Shown here piece after piece: positions 1 to 10,569 of a stretch of DNA of 64,000 bases. Within the stretch, counting starts at the first letter, position 1. Each line of letters opens with the position of its first letter. The notes under the pieces were generated by a model, which was not told the DNA's origin, made no database searches, and was given only the letters and a program-made list of their open reading frames with translations. A program made the position numbers and the translations under genes. Origin of the DNA: Phaeosaccion multiseriatum (taxonomy: Eukaryota; Protista; Ochrophyta, other classes); the NCBI GenBank assembly GCA_965112735.1, contig OZ218961.1:2976001-3040000 (forward strand). The letters are read 5' to 3'.

Positions 1-3000
1 CCGTTACCACCCTCAACGGAGCCACCTTCGACGTGAGCGACAGCGGAGTCATCACGGACGCCTCAGGCGCCACCTCCTCCATCGTTATCACGGACTTGCT
101 CGCATGTAACGGTGTGGCACACGTCATCGACGGAGTGCTTTCACCCACACCCGCTCCGACGCAGGCCTCTGCTGCAGCTCCCACCTCGTCCCCGACTGTC
201 CCACCCACGGAGGCTCCGGTAGCTGTGGCGACGGAAGCACCGGTAGCTGTGGTGACGGAAGCACCGGTAGCTGTGGAGACAGACGCGCCCGACTCGACCG
301 GTGAGGCATGCGGACTCGCTTCTCGGCATTCGCAGTGTTGTTTCTCATTTCGTCTCAAACCTTTGTCGTATACTTGCCATCGATGGCATCATTCAAGCCC
401 CGCCCTGCTCACCGAGCTCTGCGCTGCGCTGCTCGTCGCTCTGTGCTCGCTTTCCTCCTTTCACAGACGCTCCCGACTGCATTCCCGATGCATGCTACGA
501 GGCCTGCATGGCCGAGGGTGACGACAAGGGCTGCGTGACAGAGCCCGCGTGCTCTGAAGAGGGAGGAGGAGCTTTGGTCGGATGCAACGCTTACGGCTTG
601 GGCCAGAACTGCCGTTTCTGCGGTCCTTCCATGGAGAGTACCTACGGAGTCGTAGTGGAGTGCCCCGCGGCCTGCGACGCAACACCCACCCCTGCCCCCG
701 TGGAGGAGGCGGAGGAGGAGGAGGAGGAGGAGTGCGTAGACCTTGTGACGTTGCTCGTGGGAGCAAACGACGAAGGAGACTTTGACGCCCTCATCGACGC
801 CGTCACCTCCGTGGATGGGCTCGCCGATACCCTCTCCACCGCTGAGGTAAGAGTGATTGCGGAGAAAGAAGAAGCAGAAGAAGAAGAAGAGGAGGAGGAG
901 GAGGAGGAGGAGGAGGAGGTGGTGGTGGTGGTGGTGGAGGCGGCGCTTCTTTACCGAGGAAGGCTTTGCTGTGTATGCTAAAGTGCGGTACTTCGTCCTC
1001 TCCCCTCTTCCCCTCCCCCTCCCCCTCCCCACAAAGGCGTATTCATACCTGCAATCGCAAGCGAGTCCTCTGCCTAATCATGCATTGCCCTTCCCTTCCC
1101 TCCCCTCCCCTTCCTCACAGCTGACTGTGTTCGCACCTACGGACGCCGCCTTCGCTGCCGCTGGGCTTTGGTGAGTGTTTTCATCAGTGCCGGCACAGGC
1201 TGAAAGAGGCTGCATTTCATTGTCCCAAGGATGACCGAAACATGCCGACTCCTCCCTCACTCCCCCGTCCGCACTCCTTCGATAACCTCCTGCCCCTCCC
1301 CTCCCCTGGCCCTCCTTCCCAGCTCCACCGCCGAGGCCACTGACGACTGCACTGACGTCACCACTGTGGACGAGGAGACCCTCTCGGCCATCCTGCTCTA
1401 CCACGTCACTGACGGCACCGTGCTGGCTGAGAACGTCCTCGGCACGACCGTTACCACCCTCAACGGAGCCACCTTCGACGTGAGCGACAGCGGAGTCATC
1501 ACGGACGCCTCAGGCGCCACCTCCTCCATCGTTATCACGGACTTGCTCGCATGTAACGGTGTGGCACACGTCATCGACGGAGTGCTTTCACCCACACCCG
1601 CTCCGACGCAGGCCCCTGCTGCAGCTCCCACCTCGTCCCCGACTGTCCCACCCACGGAGGCTCCGGTAGCTGTGGCAACGGAAGCACCGGTAGCTGTGGA
1701 GACAGACGCGCCCGACTCGACCGGTGAGGCATGCGGACTCCCTCCTCGGCATTCGCAGTGTTGTTTCTCACTTCTTGTCAAACCTTTTGTCGTATACTTG
1801 CCCTCGATCGCATCATTCAAGCCCCTGCCTGCTCACCCAGCTCTGCGCTGCGCTGCTCGTCGCTCTGTGCTCGCTTCCCTCCTTTCACAGACGCTCCCGA
1901 CTGCATTCCCGATGCATGCTACGAGGCCTGCATGGCCGAGGGTGACGACAAGGGCTGCGTGACAGAACCCGCGTGCTCTGAAGAGGGAGGAGGAGCTTTG
2001 GTCGGATGCAACGCTTACGGCTTGGGCCAGAACTGCCGTTTCTGCGGTCCTTCCATGGAGAGTACCTACGGAGTCGTAGTGGAGTGCCCCGCGGCATGCG
2101 ACGCAACACCCACCCCTGCCCCCGTGGTGGAGGCGGAGGAGGAGGAGGATGAGGAGGAGGAGGAGGAGGCGGATGTGGAGGAGGAGGAGGAGGAGGATGA
2201 GGAGGAGGAGGAGGACGAGGAGGAGGAGGACGAGGAGGAGGAGTGCGTAGACCTTGTGACGTTGCTCGTGGGAGCAAACGACGAAGGAGACTTTGACGCT
2301 CTCATCGACGCCGTCACCTCCGTGGATGGGCTCGCCGATACCCTCTCCACCGCTGAGGTAAGAGTGATTGCGGAGAAAGAAGAAGAAGAAGAAGAAGAAG
2401 AAGAAGAGGAGGAGGAGGAGGAGGAGGAGGAGGAGGAGGAGGAGGAGGAGGAGGAGGAGGTGGTGGTGGTGGTGGTGGTGGTGGTGGAGGCGGCGCTTCT
2501 TTACCGATTAAGGCTTTGCTGTGTATGCTAAAGTGCGGTACTTCGTCCTCTCCCCTCTTCCCCTCCCCCTCCCCACAAAGGCGTATTCATGCCTGCAATC
2601 GCAAGCGAGTCCTCTGCCTAATCATGCATTGCCCTCCCCTCCCCTCCCCTTCCCTCCCCTCCCCTTCCTCACAGCTGACTGTGTTCGCACCTACGGACGC
2701 CGCCTTCGCTGCCGCTGGGCTTTGGTGAGTGTTTTCATCAGTGCCGGCACAGGCTGAAAGAGGCTGCATTTCATTGTCCCAAGGATGACCGAAACATGCC
2801 GACTCCTCCCTCCCTCCCCCTTCCGTGCTCCTTCGCTAACCTCCTGCCCCTCCCCTCCCCTCGCCCCTCCTTCCCAGCTCCACCGCCGAGGCCACTGACG
2901 ACTGCACTGACGTCACCACAGTGGACGAGGAGACCCTCTCGGCCATCCTGCTCTACCACGTCACTGAAGGCACCGTGCTGGCCGAGAACGTCCTCGGCAC

Positions 3001-3156
3001 GACCGTTACCACCCTCAACGGAGCCACCTTCGACGTGAGCGACAGCGGAGTCATCACGGACGCCTCAGGCGCCACCTCCTCCATCGTTATCACGGACTTG
3101 CTCGCATGCAACGGTGTGGCACACGTTATCGACGGAGTGCTTTCACCCACACCCGC
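1..3156 (+). repeat. Intragenic tandem duplication of a ~1.45-1.55 kb unit (FAS1 + PT linker + Cys module, introns included), at least two full periods
   Basis: ccgttaccaccctcaacgga recurs at ~1, ~1448 and ~3004. Introns are also near-identical. Units differ mainly in GAG/GAA tract length and one 24-bp linker repeat. Confidence 0.95.
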
Positions 3157-4250
3157 TACCGAGGTATGTGCAAACATTGACTCAAACCTCAGAATTACGT
3201 GTATATATATGGGGGAAGGGTAGCGAATGTTCTGAGCAATCAACGCTCTTGCCGCATCGTGGGTTTCCGTATGGTCCACATGGGGCATCGCTGCTATTGA
3301 CTCCCTTGTTGTGCTTCGTGCCGCTGTTCTGTCCGCTCCTTTCTCTTGCGCTACAGGCCCCTGTGCAGACGGAGGCACCCACAACGGTAAGAAGAGGGGG
3401 ATGGACCTGTTGAGTGAATCACCTTTCTTGTTGCCTCTTTCCTTGGCGTAATGTTTGGTCGACGTCGTATCGCCGTTGACGGACTCCTCTTTCTCTCTCT
3501 CCCTTGTTGTGCTTCTCACGTCCACCCCCTTCTCTCGCGCTTCAGGCGCCCACCGTACCACCAACCCAGGCACCTACAAAGGCTCCGACCACCCCGCCTA
3601 CGCCCGCGCCCACGGATGTTTCGGATTGTTGTGATCTGGACAGGCTTACGGCCGCGGATGAGCAATACCTCGCGCTGTACGACAAGACGCTCATCTGCGA
3701 CGAGCAGTGCCTGGACAATACCCTAAACCTCCAGTAAGTTGCACACACAACGAGAGCGGCGTTGTCATGGCTGTGCGTCGGCTCACCTCTCTCTCTCTCT
3801 CTCTTGCTCTCTCTCTCACTCTCTCTCTGGTGTGCCTCCCTCCCTCCCTCGCTCCCTCCCCTCAGGCACTGCGCGATGTGGGACCTTGGGGCCACTTGCC
3901 GGGCCTGCTACAACGCAGGTGGAACCAAGACCTACCTCGCCGACCAGCTCGCGATGGGCAACACGCTCACCTGCGACGATCTCAATATGTGTGCCGGTGA
4001 GGTGTGCGAGCCACTCGACGAGACGGAGGTGGAAGTCGATGCCGAAGGCGACACCACTGGAGGAGGAAGCCTTCGCTCGGGGGGTGTGCCCGACTCCGGA
4101 TCGACTTCAGGCACCTCCTCCACCTCCTCCTCCTCTGAAGGACTCTCAACTGGAGCCCTTGCCGGTATTGGGGTGGCCGGTGCGGTAGTTGTGGGTGTGG
4201 GCGTGGCGGTGGCGGTGAAGAAGAGAGCAGCCAGTGCCAGTGCCGCCTAA
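1..4250 (+). CDS. Fasciclin (FAS1) tandem-repeat type-I membrane surface protein, 5'-truncated by the window edge. Exons approx. <1-300, 467-846, 1121-1170, 1323-1723, 1891-2357, 2675-2724, 2878-3163, 3357-3386, 3546-3733, 3866-4250
   Basis: The spliced frame gives the FAS1 motifs LTVFAPTDAAF, ILLYHV and ACNGVAHVIDGVL, plus PT/AP linkers, Cys-rich modules and a C-terminal TM helix (GALAGIGVAGAVVVGVGVAVAV-KKR). All junctions are GT..AG and keep the frame. Confidence 0.88.
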
Positions 4251-4953
4251 GTAGTTCGGCAATGGCGATAGCTAGGTAATGGGTGGGCGAGTCGGTTTGT
4301 TTCACTCGCTCTAGCTATGTGGGTTGCCATGCTCTGGAAATCATGTGGCTGCAGGGTCTGCCGTGCCTTTCGTTCTCTTCTCATGTGTAACCGTGGGCTG
4401 TGTGTTTGATTTATCATCTGTTGTGGTGCCGTGGGCTTTCTCGTGAGGGCTTTACTTTTCTTCTTTGTTCTCTGTGTGTTTGATTTATCAACGTGTGTGT
4501 GTGTGCGTGTGTGTGTGTGCCTCATAATTTGCTCGCAAAGTTTAGAATGTTTGCAACATGAAAAAAAGCAAATAGTGATGAGGGATCGATAGGAGGCCGG
4601 GGGGGGATGGAAACAAACAAAAAAAAATTGATTGAATCATTTAAATCCAATCAAAAGAAAACATTTCTAATGAGGTCAAAAAAATAGCAAAGAGTGTTTC
4701 ATAAATCCAATCAGAGGGCCGTCTGTCTTTGAGTGAAGGAGGCTCCAAGCCCCGCTCCCCTCCGAGACCGGCTCGAAGCCAGCTTAACTAATACTTCGAA
4801 GTACTACGTAGTACTACGTAGTATATGGTACGTACCGCTTAACTGCCATGGTACATACATGTCCCAAGGAATGAGGAAAAGACAAGAGCCAAACGCATAC
4901 TTATTCCTTCCTTCCTTCCTTCCTTGCTTGCTTGCTTCCTTCCCTCCTCCCTT

Positions 4954-5211
4954 CCATGACGGTGTGCTGCTCTGCGACGTTGCCGGGGCCTTACACCATT
5001 CTTCTCGACACACATACAGTGCCGAGGAGAATGGTGTAAGCAATGAGACTCGTACCACCACCAGTGCCGAGGAGAATGGTGTAAGCAATGAGACTCGTAC
5101 CACCACCAGTGTCGAGGAGAATGGTGTAAGCAATGAGACTCGTACCACCACCAGTGTCGAGGAGAATGGTGTAAGGCCCCGGCAACGTTGCAAAGCGGCA
5201 CACCGTCATGG
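4954..5211. repeat. 58-bp inverted repeat (4954-5011 / 5154-5211) enclosing a 45-bp tandem repeat (units start at 5018, 5063, 5108, partial 5153)
   Basis: Read directly: ccatgacggtgtgctgctctgcgacgttgccggggccttacaccattcttctcgacac matches the reverse complement of the right arm with 4 mismatches. Confidence 0.93.
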
Positions 5212-5998
5212 CCACTTGCGGAATCGCCGCAGTGTCGGAAGACGAATTGACAGTGCGAGTCCAGTCGAGAGGTGAGCGCGTACGCTGAGAGAGGCGTGCT
5301 GCCTCACAGTCTCCGCCTCGGCCGGCGACAAACGAAATGGAGTAGCACTGGTACACCTCGTCCGTCGATGCGGCGCTGTCCGCACAGTCGTACTCCGACG
5401 GGTTGCAGTCAAAGCACGAGCCAGGGGTTACGGCAGTGAGGAACGAGTAAGCGTGGGACGTGTTTACCGGCCGGTAATCGCGACGAGGGTCACGACGGGC
5501 ACCCTGCCGAGGTAAACGCCCGTTCCTTCCACCCCCTCGAGGGAGAAAACCTCCCGAGCCCCACCATTCCAGCCCTCCCTTTGAGACCAACGCCCATCCC
5601 CGAACCCCTGGACACCTTGCCTTTCAAGCCGAGTGCCCCTAGTGTCAGTCATGTGACTATCCACACGATGCTGGGGGGCACTCACCGCTTGTGACAAGAT
5701 GTCCACTTGAGATTCTGCACCATCACCGGGAGTGTTGCCTCGGGTATTGCAGAAGAGGAGGGCTGAACGGGGCGCGGAGGATCGCCCTCAGACGTAGCGA
5801 GGGCAAAAGAGCTGTGGTTGCGTCGCCCTCGAGCCAGCTGTGCCGTCTCTGCCTGCCGGCGCCCTGGCGCACCCTCCCGCTCCTTCCTTCCTTCCCAATC
5901 CTTCCGCCCCGATTATTGCATATGGACTGGCATGTCCCTCGCTCGTCGCACCGACGTAGGGAAGGCTGCGCGGACCGCTTCACTGGCGGTCGGACGGC

Positions 5999-7990
5999 TC
6001 ACGACACTCGTTGCTTCTTGCTCTTTGCGCCGTCTTCACCATCCTCATCCTCCTCTTCCTCACTTTCGCTACTCTCGTCGCTGCTTCCCTCACTACTCCC
6101 TTCGCTGCTGCTCCCCTCACTACTATTGCTTCTCGCGTCGTCGTCGCCACCGCTGTCCTTGTTCTCCCTCCGCTCTGTCTTCTTCGAATTCGCCTCCTCA
6201 CCCGCAGAGCTCGTTCCAGACTGCCCCCCTCCTCCTCTTCCTGATGTTCCTGCTGCTGCTGCTGCTGTTGTTGCCGTCAGTGTCGCACTTGCTTCCACAC
6301 CTGCTTCCACCTTTACCCCATCTCGGGGCTTCGACGGTGTTGATACTTCTGCGTCCCTCAACTCGCCTTCCCTTGCTCCTGCTGTTGCCACTGTTGCTGT
6401 ATCACCAACTGCTGATGCCGGAGCTTCGTCCGCTGTCATCTTGGTGTCCTGCACTGCATGCTGACGTGTGTGCTGTGTGGCCATCTCTTCAAAGCGTCGA
6501 GGATTGTTCAGAAAGAGCTCGGTCTTTTGGGAAAGCGAAATGAAACAAAACAAAAACGAGGAGAGGAGGAGCGAGACCATCGCGAGACGGAGGGAATATC
6601 TTGTCAGCACCAACCAACCAAGCGTTACGCTTCGAGCAGAGTGTACGGCAAGGGCGGCGAAGTAGGTAGAAGGACAAAGAGCCTCCAGGTCCCTCCCCTA
6701 AAACATTTACCATCCCTCACGGTAGGAGCTCAGTCTCCAGGCCCCTACCACAGAGATAAGAAGAGCAGATGCAGAGGAGGAGGAGAAGGGGGAGGAAGTA
6801 AGCACCCTTCCCTTACACTTACAATGTCGGGCATGAGGCCGTCGTCTCCGTTGGGATGAGCCATGAGCAGCCGAATGGTGGTCAGGAGGGTGGGGATGTT
6901 GATTGAAGGGGTCCAAGAGCCCTGATAGTCAGTGAGGCATGTAGGGAGGGAGGGAGGGAGGGAGGGAAGGAGGGAAGGAGGGAGGGAGGGAGGGAGGGAG
7001 GGGGCAAGCGAGGGAGAGGGAGGGGGCAAGCGAGAGAGATGTAGGGGAGCAAGTGCGTGTAGGCGCGTCTAAGAGAGAGCGTATCAATGAGAGGAACATG
7101 TGGAGAAGAATGGTTTTGAGCTCTCCCCTTTCCCCTTTGACACGCTCCCTTCACCCCGCCCACTCCATGCCCCATCTGCGCTCCTTCCGTCTCTGCGTGC
7201 CTCAAACGCCTGCCCTCCCTGAGGTGGTGTGATCTTACCGCTGGTCGCATTTTCAGCGTATCTAAGCAGATGCGCCCCCCCGAATCTATGTTGGGATGAA
7301 ATATCGGAGTCAGAAATCGCACCTACGAGACGAAAGTAGGGTCAGAGATGGGAGTGAGCGGCAGAGGCCCTGAGAGGCTGCTGAGCAGGGCGAACGAAGG
7401 GCCGGTCTCTACGGCCTTATGCATCCTACTACTACTGGCTTAGCGTAGGGTCGGACGACGAGACAGCGGGGACCAAGCCAACGGTGGCGGCGATGCTGAG
7501 AGAGGCCACAAGAGGAGAGTGCAGGCGTACAAATCGATGGAAGGTTCATGGGGAAGCTCACCTGAGGGGGCTCGAAGGGATATCGCGCGGGTACCTGCAC
7601 GTCCAACAGGAACGTACCCGCAGAGTACGGAGTGTCTTCGGGGCCTTGGATGTCTGCGGGCAAAGCCGAGGATGGTTGCGAAGTGTAGAGGGCAGGAGGT
7701 TGGGAGGAGAGACGTGGGGAAACGGGGGGAAGGGACCAACCAACAGACATACTGCCCGTTCTTTCCTGCTGAGAAAATCGGACGAGACCCCGCAGCGACG
7801 CCGCCGCTCCTCCTCTGTCGTATATTATCTCCCCCCCCCAACTGCTAAACATCCTCCCCTTACGTGCTTGAAGGTGCGTGAGCTCGTCTTCTGCCATTGA
7901 CCAGGCCGACACTCCGGGGGGCGGATCCATCTCCAGCATACGGAGCTCCTTCTGCACACGGGCGAGCATGGCACCACCCATCGCAGCCAT
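5999..7990 (-). CDS. UBE2T: Ubiquitin-conjugating enzyme E2 T-like with a long acidic C-terminal tail. Exons 7864-7990, 7562-7653, 7239-7322, 6823-6921, 5999-6523
   Basis: Motifs [60 protein letters not shown] (catalytic Cys) and GSWTPSINIPTLLTTIRLLMAHPN.DDGL. Splice sites are canonical. Confidence 0.88.
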
Positions 7991-8133
7991 TTGGCAAAGG
8001 AGGAAGGAGATGAGGGGAAGGAGACGAGAGAGTTGAAGCCAGCTGTGAGCTGGAGCACCAACACGCTAAGGAAGCTCCCACACCCCCGACTCCTTCCAGT
8101 GCATTCGCGCTGCTGTATGAATTGTACAGTCAA

Positions 8134-9138
8134 ATGAGGAAAAATGCAAGGAGAAGCCTCTTGTGCTTCTTTTGTTGCTGGGCTGGGGCTGCAACGACAG
8201 GTTTGCCTGCACAACAGACGCGATTTTCGTTGAGACGGCCCTCTCCTCAAGAGGTACATCAGTTCCTTCTGCGTCTGCGGGCCAAGGGAGTGGACTTTAA
8301 TCATGACCAGATCGGCTGCACCAGATCTGGCAAGCAAGGCTCAGCAAGCTCCGGGAGCAGCCGCAGCAGAAAGGACAGAGCCAGGAGGAGCACCAGTGAA
8401 AACACACAACCTACGGAGGACGGGAAGCGGTGGAGGAGAATGACATTCAGAAGAAGAATCGGCAGCGGGAGAAGGGTCTATGAGGAGGCATGTGCCGTCA
8501 TCATGGCTTGGGAACGTGTCCACGAAGGATCAGCGTGGGCGGCCATTGCAACGGAGGAGGGGAGTTATGGAAGAGAAGCAACTGCTGCCGGGGGGACAGG
8601 AAGGGCAGTGGTGGATGGGCTACCGTACTTGGCCACCGTGGCCAAGTCGTCCATCGGTCTTTGGGTTCTGAACCCGTGCAGGGTGGTGTACCGCTGCCAG
8701 AACGAGAGTGAAAAGCGTCCAGGCGGTTGCGAGTGCCTCCGCAGCTCCACAGCCTACGCGACTTTGCAAGGGCATCTGTTGATGGGCGAGGAGCGGCTAC
8801 AGGTGACTTGGGTCAAGAACGGCGGCGGGGCTGGAGCGAAGGGGGGGCAAGGAAGAAGGGAAGGAGGCACGAGGCGACGTGTGAGAAGAGGGGGGATGGG
8901 ACGAGGAAAGATGGCGAGCAATGATGACGCTGCTGCTACTCCTTCTGTTGCTGCTGCTGCTACCACCGCCAATGCTGACTGTGATGGCGTTTGGATCGAG
9001 CTGCTGAGCGTGAGCAGGGGTGCAGGCTGGGGGGGGGCGCTGTTGTTCCCTCTCGTTGAGCGGATGCAGGCCAGATTCTTTCGCGAGCAGGTGGACACTG
9101 TGGCGCGCATCGCAGGGGGGGGGGCAGGCTCAGCTTGA
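8134..9138 (+). CDS. DUF1990/UPF0548 family protein, intronless; start codon uncertain
   Basis: Motifs RRRIGSGRRVYEEA..W, LWVLNPCRVVY, AYATLQGHLLMGEERLQV and VWIELLSVSR are typical of DUF1990. Confidence 0.75.
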   Translation: MRKNARRSLLCFFCCWAGAATTGLPAQQTRFSLRRPSPQEVHQFLLRLRAKGVDFNHDQIGCTRSGKQGSASSGSSRSRKDRARRSTSENTQPTEDGKRWRRMTFRRRIGSGRRVYEEACAVIMAWERVHEGSAWAAIATEEGSYGREATAAGGTGRAVVDGLPYLATVAKSSIGLWVLNPCRVVYRCQNESEKRPGGCECLRSSTAYATLQGHLLMGEERLQVTWVKNGGGAGAKGGQGRREGGTRRRVRRGGMGRGKMASNDDAAATPSVAAAATTANADCDGVWIELLSVSRGAGWGGALLFPLVERMQARFFREQVDTVARIAGGGAGSA

Positions 9139-9690
9139 GCAAACCATCTGTGATGGTGGATGACTAAGATGGTATATTACAGATTACATTCACGTTACAG
9201 CCTTAAGTGCCATCTACGCAGGTTTGCCTAAAAGTAACGTCTCACCCGCTATCGTCGTACCCATCTGCACCCCCTACCCCCTCTGGCTCCGGGAGCAAGA
9301 CGTTTCGTGGAATGTGATGGGAAGGGTTCATGCACTCCTTCGGGTACTCCATGCCCAGAAGACTCAAGCAGACGGCACCGGCAAGACATAGGTCCCGAGG
9401 GCACCCAAAACTTGGGTGGCGCTGAAAAACAGGGGTGAGAGGGAGTAATAGGGAGAGGAATGGGCAATGCGTGAGAAGGTGGACTCAGAGAGATTCACCT
9501 CGACAGACGCCAAATGTTGTCGCGAGGGTGCTCTCAAACCATGATGCGCCATCCTAAACTAAAAACCGAAGCCTTCTATCGTACCTCGAGGCTCGTGCAC
9601 CCCAATGCTCCACGTAGAGAGGCTGGAAGGTGGTGCCCATCGCTTGAAGAGATGTCCCACAACAGCACTTCCTTCGGGCCTCCTTCCGAA

Positions 9691-10134
9691 CTAGCGGTCC
9701 GTTGACCCAGGTACCTGGTTGCGCAGCAGCAGTAGCTCTCGTCGACTTGGACTGGCGCGCTTGGCTGGGGAAGTGGGGCTCTGATCCGCGTGCGAGAAGG
9801 GCCCTCCGTGCAGGGCTCCACAGTGCACATCGCACAATGAGGACGTACAGTCCTCGTTAGTTGGCAGCACAGAGCCCGGCCAGCCCGGTACGCAAGGCTC
9901 AGGATGAGGGCACATCATACTGATGTGCTCTTGGCCGCCGCCGGCCTGCCCAGCAAGCTTCTTCTTTCGTAGGCCGAGTAACAGAGAGTCACTAGCGATC
10001 CGCGCATCTTCCCATTTCTCTTTGGCCCACACGTCTTCTATACTCATACTCATGTTGTCGAACCCCTTGACCGACGCTTCGAAATCCTCATAAGCTTTGG
10101 AATCCTCGTCTTCGTTCACCGTGTTGGCGGCCAT
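9691..10134 (-). CDS. Hypothetical protein, probably a first exon that may splice near 9713
   Basis: ATG-initiated 147-aa ORF with protein-like composition and a possible cag|gtacc donor near its end. No family recognised. Confidence 0.45.
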   Translation of the reverse strand: MAANTVNEDEDSKAYEDFEASVKGFDNMSMSIEDVWAKEKWEDARIASDSLLLGLRKKKLAGQAGGGQEHISMMCPHPEPCVPGWPGSVLPTNEDCTSSLCDVHCGALHGGPFSHADQSPTSPAKRASPSRRELLLLRNQVPGSTDR

Positions 10135-10569
10135 GATCGATCACGGGCCAACCCACAATCCCCCCCCTCAAAGGAGTCACTTACTTCACGAAGAGGGGTA
10201 CGAAACCAGAAGAGTAGTAGAAGAAGAGGGTGAGGGTGATCGGATGGTGATGAAGTGGAAGTGGGGTCTTCTTCTCCTTTTTTCCCTCTCTTCCTTCCTT
10301 TCATTTGCACGATCTTTTCTCTTTCAAGGGTGGTGGGTACCCTAGTACGGAGACCCGCATCAGGTATCGGTACTTTAGTGAAGCATCAGCACGATACCCC
10401 CCCCCCCCCCCCCCCTGCGGGTTACCATATGATACCCGCCCCTATTTTTGTTACTTTTACCCATTTCCTCTCCCCTCCCTTTCTTTTAGACCTTCCCTTC
10501 CTACGATCATCATCATTTGGATCATCAACAAACACATCATTAGGACCGCATTAGCCCCCTCGGCGTTTG

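Noticed and set aside
5018-5175. 45-bp direct repeats as a CRISPR array
   Set aside because: The units are contiguous with no unique spacers, the context is eukaryotic, and there are no cas genes.
10350-10425. Small stem-loop (acccgca/tgcgggt, ggtatcg/cgatacc) around a poly-C tract
   Set aside because: The stems are only 7 bp, which is compatible with chance.
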